From Eledone cirrhosa (taxonomy: Eukaryota): a DNA stretch of 64,000 bases. A program made the translations under genes and the position numbers. Below, one piece after another: positions 45,413-58,397 of the stretch. The notes beneath the pieces are model-generated. The model did not search any database, was not told the origin of the DNA, and saw only the letters and a program-made list of their open reading frames with translations. Positions within the stretch are counted from its first letter, which is position 1. Every line of letters begins with the position of its first letter. The stretch lies in contig OZ024741.1 of the NCBI GenBank assembly GCA_964016885.1, positions 152,830,001 to 152,894,000 on the forward strand, written 5' to 3'.

Positions 45413-48058
45413 AGTCCCAGCGTGCATCTAAGATCCCGTTCCAGTCGCCCACTAACACTAAAGAGCGGGACGTTCCAAGAAAGGTCTCCAGACGCCGGAA
45501 GAAATCAGGCCGCCCTGCTCCTGTCGGGGCATAGACGGCCACTAGCCTGAAAGCTTGCCCGTCTCCGCTGGTCACGTCCAGCACCACCAACTTACCTTCT
45601 GGGTCCAGGAAGATGGCCCGTATGGCGAGATCCAAACCTCTCCGAAAAAGCACAGCAACTCCTCCCCCCGATCCAGGACGGCTGGGAGATGGGTACACAT
45701 CGTAGCCGCCGAAGATCGGTGCGAAGGCCCGTGCTTCAGAGATTCTGGTCTCGCTGATGGCCACTACATCTATGTTTAGTGACCTGAGGTCGTTGAGCAG
45801 GTGGCCCTGCTTCCTTGACGACCAAGCCACGTGCATTTATGCTGCCTATTCTGAGTGAGGTCATGTTGAAAAGGAGTGGAAAAGATGGGAAAGACCACTT
45901 ACCTTACTTCTCGTAGAGAAAGGATGGTTGCTCCATCCTTTTCACTGCTTGTGGCCTCCTCCGGATGGATGTCCTTATAAATCCTCCTGGAAAGTGCTTG
46001 TCGGAAGTCTCCGATGTCTTTGGGGAAATTTTGTTTTAGTGTCGTGTACGTTTTCTGTGTGATGCGAGTGATTTGTATGTGTGGAGGTGGTGTGAACTTT
46101 TGGGGTGTTGTGTAGTCTTTTTCTGTGATGCTGGTGTTGTGTTGGATGTAGTGTAATAATTGGTTGTTGTTCAAATTTAATGCTGTGTAGTGTGTATCGT
46201 TTTGGTTGTTTTGTTTTGTTTGCGTTTGTTGTGGGTTTGTTCTGTTTCGCTTTTTGGTGACTTTTGTGGTGATGGTGTTGGTGTTTGTGGTGATGGGGTT
46301 GGTGATGCTGGTGTGGATGGTGGCATAGCTGTCCTAACTTTTTTGTTTGTTAGTTTATTTGTTTCCCCCTGTATTTTGTTTTTGGAGGGGGAAGGAAGAG
46401 GATTTTTTTCTTTTTGGGGTTCTTTTTCTTTTTTTCTTTTTTCCTGATACAGTTTCCCACACCTCGTCGTCACAATCTGTCTCCAGTTGTGATAGGCCGG
46501 GGAGTGGAAAATCCTCCACAGGCGTTGGTTTTTGGTTGTGGCGTGGTGGATGGTGGAGGCGCTGGTGCTAGTTCTGGCGCGGTGGGTGGTGGTGGTGGTG
46601 TTGGTTTTGCTACTGTTGCTGGTGTTGTTGCTGCTACAGTTGCTTCTGTTGTTGCTGCTACAGTTGTTGCTGCCATTTCTGCTGCTGGTGGTGTTGATGG
46701 TTGAGTCACTGGGGTGGGTAAGAGAGGTGGCCTCAACTTTTTAGCCTGAGGGCAGAAAGCCTTTAGGTGGGTTCCTTCACCACAAACGACACACCTAGGC
46801 CTTCTACTCTCAACGATTACGGTGAGGTGGCTGCCGTCAGTGAGGTCTATCACCTCTGGAATTTCCTCAATGCTTTTATGGTCCGCTTGGATCAGGAGCT
46901 CCATCCCAGATCCGGACCAGTCCTCCTGCTTTTCTTTTGTTACTTCAATTATTTTCGTGTTAGCCTCGATGCCGGCGAGCACGACAGCCATTAGCCAGGG
47001 AATTTCGATGGCTGGTGGAACGTAGGTCACCCTGATCTTTACGAGTCTCTGACCACAATAGCTTGGGACGAGTGTGAAGTCGTCACTTCTTAATGGGGCC
47101 ATGGAGTGCTTTCTGGCTTCCTGTGGTGTTCCAAAGAACACGTCCACAGTTCCATATTTCTGCCCACGTCTGATGTGGGTTTTTTGCGCCCACACATGTC
47201 CCAAAGCTTTTTATATTTGGGACTCGGATACCCGTTCCACTCGGCGTGATTTTGTGTTTATCGTCCGATATGACACGGTGCATAGGCGTCGATGTCCCAT
47301 TTTATTAGATGGGGGGGGGGCTGACCCTGTACCCATCTTTTTTTACCATTCGCTTGGCTTCATTTAATTCAACCTGGCTTACCTCAATTGTTTCGCTTTT
47401 CTTGGCTGCTTTGGTAAACGACACATTTGCGCTGGTGTTGATGTTTTTGTTATTATTCTCATTGTTGTTGTTGCTGTTGTTGTTATTGTTATTTTTGTTA
47501 TTGTTATTTTTAGTTTTAGTTGTGGTGGTGGTGGTGGTGGTGGCGTCAGTGGTGTTCGATGTGGAAGAGTCGATTCTGGGTGAATCCATTTCGATTTCAC
47601 CAGATAATAATTTATTCTTTTTTTGTTTCTGTTGTCGCTGTGGTGGTGGTGGGGGTGGCGGCTTTAACACCTGCAGTCATTGGTAATGGCGAGAAATGAC
47701 TGTCTGCATGAGACAAATTTAAATTATTGCCACTGCTTATATTTTTAGGGTTGGCAAACGTAGTAATATTTACAATGGTGGTGTTGGTGTGAGGTGTTAG
47801 TTTGTGAGGAAGGCTGTCAGCTTCGTGTGGCTGTGAGTCGTCCATGTTTTTTTCAAAGAAAGTTTTTGTTTGATAATTATAAAAGTTTAAATTTTGGGCT
47901 CAAGGTCCCAATCTTTTTGAGTGTCCTTTTCAGAAAGCAATATATGTGAACTTATAAACACTTAACAACAAAAATTTTCCATAACTGGTAATTTGAAACA
48001 ACTGAAAACAACAAAACTTTGCGGAGCTCACGATAATACGATTTCCTACGTAGGTCGC
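45413..48058 (-). mobile_element. L1/Tx1-like LINE 5' half (5'UTR, ORF1, APE), RT missing
   Basis: ORF1 pieces 46177-47845 with zinc knuckle CVVCGEGTHLKAFC; APE motifs IDVVAISETR, RLVAVYAP and LVLVGDWN, cut off at 45413. Confidence 0.8.
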
Positions 48059-48077
48059 CAATAATAATAATAATAAT

Positions 48078-48265
48078 AATTGTTTCTACTTTTGGCACAA
48101 GGCCACAATTACCCAGTGCATTACTGGCACTTTATTTTATCGACCCCGTAAGGATGAAAGGCAAAGTTAACCTCGGCGGGATTTGAACTCAGAATAGCAA
48201 GGGCCGTAACTCTATGCGTCAAAGCATGGCGTCCGACCCTCTACCGATACTGCCAATCCACCACC
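48078..48265 (-). mobile_element. Meta-core SINE, full-length
   Basis: Reverse complement of the 4865-5050 family. Confidence 0.85.
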
Positions 48266-48344
48266 CTTAATAATAATATGTATACTTATATATGAGTTAT
48301 ATATAATTATAAATATGAAAGGGTAGAATTAAGCACTAGAATTT

Positions 48345-48410
<66 letters not shown>

Positions 48411-48414
<4 letters not shown>

Positions 48415-49175
48415 GATTGGTGCTCTGAAATAGAGATGTATACATGAATATATGTATAGTATATTTGGCAATATACTGTATGCTTAATTAAAAATATTTT
48501 GAAGACCTTGCGTTATTATTTTAAAGTAGTGACTATGTCACTTACTTCTTTTTTCAACAAACAAAGGGAGATAAGCTGACAGATCTGTTTCACACTGTTG
48601 GTGATCATCAGAGCTTAGCACTCGCCGACGTTTGTTGAAATTTATAGAGGCTGGATTCTTATAGAGTTCCAGTAATAATCAGGAACTGATTATACAGAGC
48701 GATTGCCGGTCCAGCAAATATTGAAAATTAGGATTGGTGCTCTGAAATAGCAATGTATACATGAATATATGTATAGTATATTTGGCAATATACTGTATGC
48801 TTAATTAAAAATATTTTGAAGACCTTGCGCTATTATTTTAAAGTAGTGACTATGTCACTTACTTCTTTATCCAACAAACGAAGGGAGATAAGCTGACAAT
48901 TTTTGCTGGACCGGCAATCGCTCTGTATAATCAGTTCCTGATTATTACTGGAATTCTATAAGAATCCAGCCTCTTTAATTTTCAACAAACGTCGGCGAGT
49001 GCTAAGCTCTGATGATCACCAACAGTGTGAAACAGATCTGTCAGCTTATCTCCCTTCGTTTGTTGAAAAAGGAAGTAAGTGACATAGTCACTACTTTAAA
49101 ATAATAGCGCAAGGTCTTCAAAATGTTTTTAATTAAGCATACAGTATATTGCCAAATATACTATACATATATTCA
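48411..49175. mobile_element. Retrozyme-like element: 317 bp unit, 1.5 tandem copies (-) plus an inverted copy (+)
   Basis: ttaggattggtgctctg occurs at 48411 and 48728; 48897-49175 is inverted; HHRs at 48572-48617 (-) and 49003-49048 (+). Confidence 0.88.
49003..49048 (+). ncRNA. Canonical type I hammerhead ribozyme
   Basis: taagct-CTGATGA-tcac caaca gtgt-GAAAC-agatct-GTC-agctta. Stem III is palindromic (ACAGATCTGT). Confidence 0.92.
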
Positions 49176-49187
49176 TATATATATATT

Positions 49188-49260
<73 letters not shown>

Positions 49261-49662
49261 TTTTGAAGTTTTCGCCCAGAAAGTAATTTTTTCAGATAAA
49301 ATTTTTTAGCTCTTATATAATTTTCTCTTGAGTTAAAAACTTGTTCAGACTTATCCTTGGTATTAGAAGGACAAGTGACAATAAATATAATGGGGAAGGC
49401 AACTTGCAAAGCTGGGGACAGAGCGCAGATATAGGGCAAACACCTATTTTTCGCTGTGGGAGCAGCAACATTTTAACTTTCGGATAATTACCTATTGCTA
49501 AGAGCCCCCCCCCCCCCCGATATTCCGTATGTGGTTGACAGCTGAGAGAAATGAGTAATTGGTATTGAGTAATATATATATACTCTCCTTACTATCCTTG
49601 CTTTCATATTTCTCCTTGCTCCACTTTTCTCATTGTATTTGTATATAAACAAGTACATAGAT

Positions 49663-50131
49663 ACAAGGAGAAGGGGAGAGCAGGGAGGAAAGGAGCGTAA
49701 GGAGAAAAGGAGAGCAAGGAGAGCAAAGAGAAAAGTAAAGCAAGGAGAGCAATGGGAACAATGAGAAAAGGAGAGCAAAGAGAACAAGGAGAACAATGAG
49801 AAAGGGAGAACAAAGAGAGCAAGGAGAAAAGGAGGGCAAGTAGAAGAAGGAGAAAAGGGGAGCAAGGAGAGCAATGAGAACGAAGAGAAAAAGAAAGCAA
49901 GGAGAGCAATAATTAAAAGAGAGCAAGGAGAGCCACGAGGAAAGGAGAGCAAGGGGAGCAAGGAGAAAAGGAGAGCAAGGAGAGCAATGAGAAAGAGAGA
50001 ACAATGAGAGCAATGAGGAAAGGAGAGCAAGGAGAGCAATGAGGAAAGGAGAGCAAGGAGAGCAATGAGAAAAGGAGAGCAAAGAGAAAAGGAGAGCAAG
50101 GAGAAAAGGCGAGCAAAGAGAGCAAGGAGAG
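49663..50131. repeat. Purine-rich minisatellite (AAGGAGAGC / AATGAG units)
   Basis: Directly visible. Confidence 0.9.
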
Positions 50132-50139
50132 GTTAAGGC

Positions 50140-50495
50140 AAATATTGCTCAAGTTATGCTGGAAGCAGTCAAAGGTGAAAAATCAACTGAAGAGGTACAT
50201 TCTGCACCAAAATGACTTTTCTTCCTTTATAAACATCGAGTTTTTGTCTTTTGTAACTCCTGGTACAAAAACTTTCTTCACGAGATTTTCTATCAGCACC
50301 GATTTCCTCGACAAAACTCTTCAACATGGAAGGATGATCCTGGTTACAAAAGTGGACTTGAAAAACTTGAGAAGACAGTTGTTGTGAATGATGTTGCAGA
50401 AAGAGGTGTCAAACTCATTCAGGATTACGATAACATTCTCACAAAAGAGGAAACTGAGAAACAATTTGTTATACAGATCGTTACCGAAAACCCAA
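50140..50495 (+). pseudogene. DNA transposase C-terminal relic (hAT/hATm-like)
   Basis: Broken-frame translation: FVTPGTKTFFTRFSISTDFL..WKDDPGY..VVNDVAERGVKLIQDY..LTKEETEKQFVIQIV. Confidence 0.6.
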
Positions 50496-50525
50496 CTGCC
50501 ACTAAATCCTCTCTTATGCAAAAAT

Positions 50526-50645
50526 AATTGTTTCTACTTTTGGCACAAGGCCAGCAATTATCCCAGTGTGTTACTGGTGCTTTATTTATCGGCCCCGTAA
50601 GGATGAAAGGCAAAATTAACCTCGGCGGGATTTGAACTCAGTCCA
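50526..50645 (-). mobile_element. Meta-core SINE, partial
   Basis: Tail, core and B box in reverse complement. Confidence 0.8.
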
Positions 50646-51108
50646 TAATAATGTTCAATATTCGGTGTTCAGTGTTCAAATTATTTTCTTGATTCTATAG
50701 AAATTATTGTTGTACATAAAAAAGCGTTTCTCTTAGAGAAGTTGTGTGCTTTATTAAGAAAACCTAATATTTTCAAGAATTTTTCAAATTAACTATTGGT
50801 AAATTTGATTCAGAACGTTTTAAAATATTTGCTTGGGTTGCCTGGATGTGTCCACATAAATTTCTCCGAGAAGAAAGAAGAAAATGGTCGAGATAGGGAA
50901 CAGTATACCGCTTTTGAACAGAATTAATCGTTGCGTATACTATGTTCCAAATTCAAGGCGTTTGAGGGTTGCCTAACGGTTTACGATTGAGCTGAAATTT
51001 TGCACACTCCGTGTTTTTAGAGAACAGGTCCATTAATGTTGCCATCTCATCACCCGGCTGAACATACAGTAACTCCGCATTACTTTCCCTGTATATATGT
51101 ATACATAC

Positions 51109-51165
<57 letters not shown>

Positions 51166-51168
51166 AAT

Positions 51169-51746
51169 TATCTTGAAGTTCTCGCCAGTTCTGGCGAGAA
51201 CTTCAAGATAAAAAAGAATCATCAATACTCCACCAACATGCTAAAATAGAACATAAGGGCAAATTAGAGAACATAGAAATAAAAATAGAATCTACACACA
51301 GAAAAGACGCAATGTTTAGACAAATCAGAGAGGCAATAAACATAAATGAACTCCAACCAAAATTAAATAGAAAACATAAATGGAATAGTAACATCACAAC
51401 TTACAATTAAGGAAAAAATGAAAACACACACACACATAGAACAAACAACCAACCAGTAACATGTAAATAAACAAATAAAAACACACACAGACACCCGGAT
51501 GTAACACATGCGCTAACTAAGCACACAACACACACAAAAACAAGATGGCGTAGGACAGAACAAAGGAGAGGCACAAAACAAAGAAAAGAATCCCCAGTCA
51601 CTGAAGAGGTCACAGAATGTGTGACGAAAGAACTTTGACAATATATGAACAACCGGAAATTTATAAATTCTTAAATTTATAATAAATTGGAGTGAAGGCA
51701 ACTGGTGCGTGTGTTTCTTATTGGCAACATGACCCTCCCAAAGCAT

Positions 51747-51751
<5 letters not shown>
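51169..51751 (+). mobile_element. PLE 3' relic: fold-back 5' end, GIY-YIG tail and pLTR with HHR at 51597-51639
   Basis: Perfect 20 bp hairpin at 51169-51210; QHAKIEH..RQIREAININELQPKLNRK; gtca-CTGAAGA-ggtcaca/tgtgac-GAAA-gaa-CTT-tgac. Confidence 0.75.
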
Positions 51752-51828
<77 letters not shown>

Positions 51829-51832
<4 letters not shown>

Positions 51833-52420
51833 CTAAAATTGCATAAAGATATCGTTTCTGAGAAAATTATAGGCACGCGCCATATCGCCTGCAAAGGAAG
51901 CTCAAAGAAAGAATTCCGAGTTGTTATTATAAAGTATAAATTCAAAACAAATGACATATATAAAAGCATATCTAACATTAAAACGGGAGAAAATTTGCAA
52001 TATATAAGAACATATAATTACAAATGAGCAGTATATTGAAATTTAACACAAATATTAAACGGAAATGCCGGATATTAAATCTTACTCTCTCGCACATAAT
52101 TCCTTTATGGCCTCAAAAACATGCTTCACCTTTGAAATGGTGAAGTTCTATGGTTAATTAGGATCATCAGCGAGAGAGAATCAACCATATGAAATTACAT
52201 CTTTAAGGACTGGCAGAACACGCACATGTAGTTTCGAAAAATCTACTGTGTCCTACTCTTGTCCATGTGATGTGAATATGTATGTTGATAGCTCAAATAG
52301 CAGCCATAAAACCATTCAACAATTAAAAAAAATCTCTACTAAAATACTATTCAGGAGCATATTTATATTACTAAAATGAATAAAGATGTCGTGTCTGAGA
52401 AAATTACAGACACGCACCAA
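51829..52420 (-). mobile_element. ~538 bp partially tandem unit with a decayed HHR (52085-52178)
   Basis: tactaaaat..ctgagaaaatta..cacgc occurs at 51831 and 52369. Minus strand: ctctctcg-CTGATGA...GAAT-tat-GTG-cgagagag, with an 8 bp stem I. Confidence 0.55.
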
Positions 52421-52557
52421 GACTGGGACGCAGTAGATTTTTCGTATATACTTTGGAGCTCTGTTGCTTAAGCAGCAGGTATAATTTCATGTTTCTGATA
52501 CAGGAGTATTCAATTTTCACCGTATGACGGTTAAAGATCTGGTGGTATTTGTGTCCT

Positions 52558-52603
<46 letters not shown>

Positions 52604-53495
52604 ATTAAACGGAATAGAAAATGCTGACAAATTGTTCACAGTTGAAAAATGGTTTAATTAGGAATAAAAGAGTATTAGTGATTGTATGGGTTAGTAGTCA
52701 GTTGTGGTTTTAAGTTTTTAAGTTTTTACCGGTTGCGCATTTCTAAATGCTTTTCAAAAATAATTTTGAGATAGAGTGTCCGTGCTGTTTGCTCTGATCT
52801 ATTCTTTTAACTATATATATATATATATATATATAGATGAGTGCTAAAAGCTTTTTCCAACATTAAGTTTCAAATTTAACAAGAATGGAGGAGAGAACCA
52901 AATTTTTCACAAAATTGTAGGAATCTTAAACACGGAAGTAGCTGTAAAAACAGCCTATCAAAAGTCGGGTTAAAACATAACCTCATAAGAAAGGAAGAAC
53001 GGCCAGGGAATGCGGGAGAGATGGAGAGAATGAAAGAAAGAGAGTCTAAAGCATATGATGAGAAACGAGAGAAGCATAACAAGAGAGAAAAGTGGGAATG
53101 AGAACAATGGCGCAAGCATTTTTTTTTTTTTTTTTTTTTAGAGAGTATTACGGAAGAGAAAAAACAGTGGAGAAAGGATTAAAAATGTAAACCAAAGAGA
53201 AACAAAGAAATATAGCATCGTAATCACCTCATCAGCTTCCTTTAAACCAACATGGTTTCGCGCGGTAAAATTTTAAGGTTTGCCCAGATTTTTGCTTTAT
53301 TTCTTGATTTTTCCTATTATTATGCGGGGAGTGGCCTAGAATGTATGAAATATTCTCGGAGAAGCAGATTTGAGTAAGGCTGTATTATAGTAGGGGGCTG
53401 CCCTATCGAAAATAGCTTGGTTAGAAGAGAGTTTAGAGATCCGCTGACTAATATTCTTAACTAGAAAACATTTTCCGGTTTATTTTCATCGGCAC

Positions 53496-53540
53496 GGGTT
53501 GAACAAGTTGGTCACCAGGGTTAACGAAACGTACGTACCT
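53496..53540 (+). ncRNA. Candidate hammerhead with 8-nt U-A core
   Basis: ggg-TTGAACAA-gttggtc/ggttaac-GAAAC-gtac-GTA-cct. Stem III is palindromic (ACGTACGT). Confidence 0.55.
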
Positions 53541-53745
53541 AGTATGGCGCCTTTGTACCAACTGGCCTTAATAATTATATATACATATATGTAAGTATAA
53601 ACACAATCTCTATTACTTGCAATTAACATGTCGACAGACAACGAAGGAAACAGAGTGTAAAAAATATAGTCTAAGTGGCTGCCATACTACCATATAAGGT
53701 ATTACAAAGGCGTTCCTACACATCGAATGGGTTATATATATATAT

Positions 53746-53790
<45 letters not shown>

Positions 53791-53831
53791 ATAACGGAAT
53801 TCTATAAATTTATATATATATATATATGTGT

Positions 53832-53879
<48 letters not shown>

Positions 53880-53892
53880 CGGAATTCTATAA

Positions 53893-53935
<43 letters not shown>

Positions 53936-53940
<5 letters not shown>

Positions 53941-54090
53941 CCGTCTTAACGCATGGGCACGCTGGGCAGTTGCCCGGAGGCCCACGAGGATAGGGGGCCC
54001 ATTTGTACTTTTATTCCTGTGAGTGGTTGTGTAGGTAGGGGCTCCAGTGCTCTGCTTTGCCCGGGGGCCTATAATGCTGTTAAGACGTCC

Positions 54091-54093
<3 letters not shown>
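53936..54093. mobile_element. MITE in (TA)n
   Basis: TIRs CAGAACCGTCTTAAC / GTTAAGACGTCCCTG; GC-rich interior. Confidence 0.75.
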
Positions 54094-54167
<74 letters not shown>

Positions 54168-54577
54168 ATGAATAAAGTTAGTCCTTCGTCAGTGATCTTC
54201 CAACCATCATTGGTATTTCATCGCTTTAAAGACCATATACCTCCGGTTGGTGCGAGCAACGGCTAAAAAAAGTCGTTGGGACACGTAAATAAAGGGGACA
54301 CGAGAGTGTAAACAAACCAAGATGGTGAAGCAACGAAAAGTGAGGAAGAACGAGTCAAGTCCCAAATTTCCATGAATATAAGTTCGGTGAAATCGTGAAC
54401 GAGAGAGAATAAAGACCATCAAACCTGGTTGAAATGTGAGCAAGGAAGGGAACATACATTCATGAAAATATCACTTTTCTCAAATCGTTGCTTAATTTAA
54501 TATCGTATTTGTAATAAATCGTTTTAGTAAAATACAAGTTTAGGGAATTATTTATTTTTTATTAATATATATATTTA

Positions 54578-54653
<76 letters not shown>

Positions 54654-54773
54654 AACAAGTATGACCCCGACGACAGAGCTCAAGCCGTTTCGACAGCTAT
54701 TTCTGGACGCGCTATTTCGCGACGGTTATTTCTATCGTTATGGTCCATCTGGTTCCTTACCACAATTCGTTCG

Positions 54774-54813
<40 letters not shown>

Positions 54814-55112
54814 TAAAACATGTCTATAGAATCACCAGATAAAATATATACCGTTTCCTCTCCCAATTAGCATAATTAACCATATAAAAAATCGATTAGA
54901 CCAAGCTATAAGAATAAAGGCTCCTATGAAGAAATCTCCGACAAATAACTGAAAGCAGCCCTTCGCGACGGTTGCGACGGAATATTTATCAAGTATTTCG
55001 ACAGCATGTATAAATCGTCCAGATATACAGTCAACTAAACAGAATTAGGTGTAAAATAAACTAGGAGAAAAGTGAACATATTTAAACCTTTATATATATA
55101 TATATCGTCCAG

Positions 55113-55154
<42 letters not shown>

Positions 55155-55161
55155 CTGGACG

Positions 55162-55253
<92 letters not shown>

Positions 55254-55260
55254 ATCTGGA

Positions 55261-55306
<46 letters not shown>

Positions 55307-55311
55307 TCCAG

Positions 55312-55357
<46 letters not shown>

Positions 55358-55423
55358 CTGGACGTTAATTTTCATAAGGAAAGTATATACTTTCGAACGT
55401 TCAACTATCTGGCAGATGGGTAA

Positions 55424-55466
55424 ACGGTGCTGATGATGGCTAACAAGCTTGAAACTAGTGCATCGT
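55424..55466 (+). ncRNA. Family C hammerhead (cleavage triplet mutated to GUG)
   Basis: acggtg-CTGATGA-tggct/agctt-GAAAC-ta-GTG-catcgt, within the family C copy at 55365-55765. Confidence 0.7.
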
Positions 55467-55764
55467 TCCTGTGTCAGTGTTGAACAAAAAGGTGACGTGG
55501 TTGCCTTAACACCGTATGGCATGAATTCAGGCTGTTCAGTTTGTTTACAAACGAACAAAGCGACGTTAGCGCCGCTAAACTGATACGTGCATATATGTAT
55601 GTGTACCTGTATGCATATGTATGTATATATGTATATATATATATATATGTGCATGCTACTGTACGTCTGTGTACATATATGTATGTACGTATACATGCAT
55701 ACTTACATTTAAGTAAGTGCCATACTAAGAGTGAGAAATGAAATTTCGTTTTCATTTTGTTTCA

Positions 55765-55800
<36 letters not shown>

Positions 55801-55807
55801 ATCTGGA

Positions 55808-55873
<66 letters not shown>

Positions 55874-56145
55874 GTTTAAATATGTTCACTTTTCTCCTAG
55901 TTTATTTTACACCTAATTCTGTTTAGTTGACTGTATATCTGGACGATTTATACATGCTGTCGAAATACTCGATAAATATTCCGTCGCAACCGTCGCGAAG
56001 GGCTGCTTTCGGTTATTTGTCGGAGATTTCTTCATAGAAGCCTTTATTCTTATAGCTTGGTCTAATCGATTTTTTATATGGTTAATTATGCTAATTGGGA
56101 GAGGAAACGGTATATATTTTATCTGGTGATTCTATAGACATGTTT

Positions 56146-56189
<44 letters not shown>

Positions 56190-56309
56190 CGAACGAATTG
56201 TGGTAAGGAACCAGATGGACCATAACGATAGAAATAACCGTCGCGAAATAGCGCGTCCAGAAATAGCTGTCGAAACGGCTTGAGCTCTGTCGTCGGGGTC
56301 ATACTTGTT

Positions 56310-56340
<31 letters not shown>

Positions 56341-56343
<3 letters not shown>

Positions 56344-56949
56344 AGGTCACCACTTGGTGCTACTGGTAACATGTATCCCAGTACAACCTGTCTCATGGTC
56401 GGGTCGTTGGCGACTAAACTGGCAACCCCACTAAGGTTTCTTGGTGAGGAGGGTGACTTTGGACATCCTGCAGGACTAAAAACAAAACCTGTCAAAGGGC
56501 AAAGGAGCTCTTAAGAGTCAATGGCCATCCAAAATCACTGGGAGAGATGACCCCTTAGCCTTTGTCAAGGCAGAATTCTAGGAGAAGGAAAACTCTGATA
56601 TAACACCTGCAACCCTGATGGTATCCAATGATGTTGACTTGTTCTTCTTTTTGGTAAATATCATCTTGGTTAAGAGAGTGGGACTGGCTTTGTGCAGTGC
56701 CTTTGCTCACTATAAAAGCTTCACGGCACAGGCATTGCTTTATATCTGGAGATCTCTCTGCACTTGCCGTCACATGGTACCATGGGCCCAGCACTATGTG
56801 TCAATAATTGTCACAAGTGTAGTGTTTGTACCAGAGTTTTCAAGTCGCTGACTGGACTAAAAAGTCACACTCGTTCAGCGCATCGGTAGGGGTTCTCCTA
56901 CATGGATATAAAGTAGTGGCCGTACTCGAAAACGAGTTGGCAGCCACCA
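56341..56949 (+). mobile_element. Bipartite RTE derivative, full-length, in (TA)n
   Basis: Reverse complement of 13402-14010. Confidence 0.8.
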
Positions 56950-57235
56950 TATATATATATATATATTACATATATTACATATACATACACATATACATAT
57001 GCATAAATATATATATTAATAAAAAATAAATAATTCCCTAAACCTGTATTTTACTAAAACGATTTATTACAAATACGATATTGAATTAAGCAACGATTTG
57101 AGAAAAGTGATATTTTCATGAATGTATGTTCCCTTCGTCAAAAGAAACGAAGGAATAATAAAAATAAAACGTAATTTCGTACAAGCGCTATAATCAATTG
57201 CTCTTGTCTCAGCAGATGTCAATTACTTGCGTGTG

Positions 57236-57273
<38 letters not shown>

Positions 57274-58397
57274 CGTGCACTCCTACCTTAGCATTCGTTC
57301 GACTCTCAATCTCTCTCACTGTTTACTTGTCACTTCGGTCAGTATGTATTCTCTCTCTCTCTTTCTATATGTTGTCAAACGTGACTCATCGAGTATTATA
57401 TATTAGAGTTTATTATCTACATACTAACAAGGTGATAGATTTAGCTATAGCCCTTTACGTTCTGTGTTCCAATCCCACCGAGGTCAACTTCGCATTTCAT
57501 CCTTGTGGGCTTGGTCAAATAAAGTACAGGGGTCAGTATTAATCGTCGACTTTGTATCTAAACTAGAGATTATATGCATACTAGTGAGCCAACATTCCAA
57601 GTTATTCAAAAGTTTGGCTTATGCCAAGCAATATCGGAAAACTCTACGGAGTTTAAAGTCCACAGTCTTTCTGTCTATTTCTTCTGAATCTTTTCTTCCG
57701 TAGTTAATATACATTTCACGTATTTTAATCTATCTAATCTAACAATTATTTCTAATTTAGACACAAAGTCAGCAAACTTGATTAAATCAAATCACCACTT
57801 AACTGGTGCTCTCATTTTACAAAAACGGAAGGATGAAAGACGATGTCGAATTCAGAGGAATTAGAACTCGGAATGTAAAAAGCCAGAATGATTACTTATA
57901 TGGCCTTGTAGCTATTTGTATTCTACGTTCTTTATATATTTAATACTAGCTGCAGTACCCGGTAATACCCGGGAAAGGTGGGGTTATTTGCAGTTCCCAA
58001 TGTGCGCCTGAAAATGCTAGCGACCCTGGGTGCCCATATTGGATTTTCAAAAGCAACCTTTGCTAGGTGTGTTTATGGCAGATCAATTTTTTGTGTGGAA
58101 CTATCAATAGCTGTTTAAGTCATAAGTCCTTCTTCTATCCAGCTTTCTTCATTCAGAGTGAATAAGCTGGGGAAGTTTGAGCTCGAAGAGTATCGAACTT
58201 ATTCAACAAACTTGTGTATAAGAACAGCAAACTTACTGCCTGAGCGCTCAAGAACAAACACAGAACAATTGAGAAAATCATCGCAATTATTGAAGAAATT
58301 ATAACCGAGTGAACATATTCAAGCACCCTGTATATCATAGTTTGAAAAGCCCTTCGAATGACTGAAGCAATTCAATAAAATCATCCGTTTTCCCCAT

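Larger units (their letters stand above)
54446..57136. repeat. 2.7 kb composite inverted duplication
   Basis: Inverted pairs: 54446-54580/57000-57136, 54650-54778/56187-56313 and 54812-55090/55869-56148. Confidence 0.9.

Noticed and set aside
49488-50152. Hydrophobic L/S/F-rich ORFs resembling membrane proteins
   Set aside because: They derive from the purine-rich minisatellite.
53140-53240. Minus-strand CTGATGA with a long stem
   Set aside because: The GAAA/NUH half is missing, replaced by a homopolymer run.
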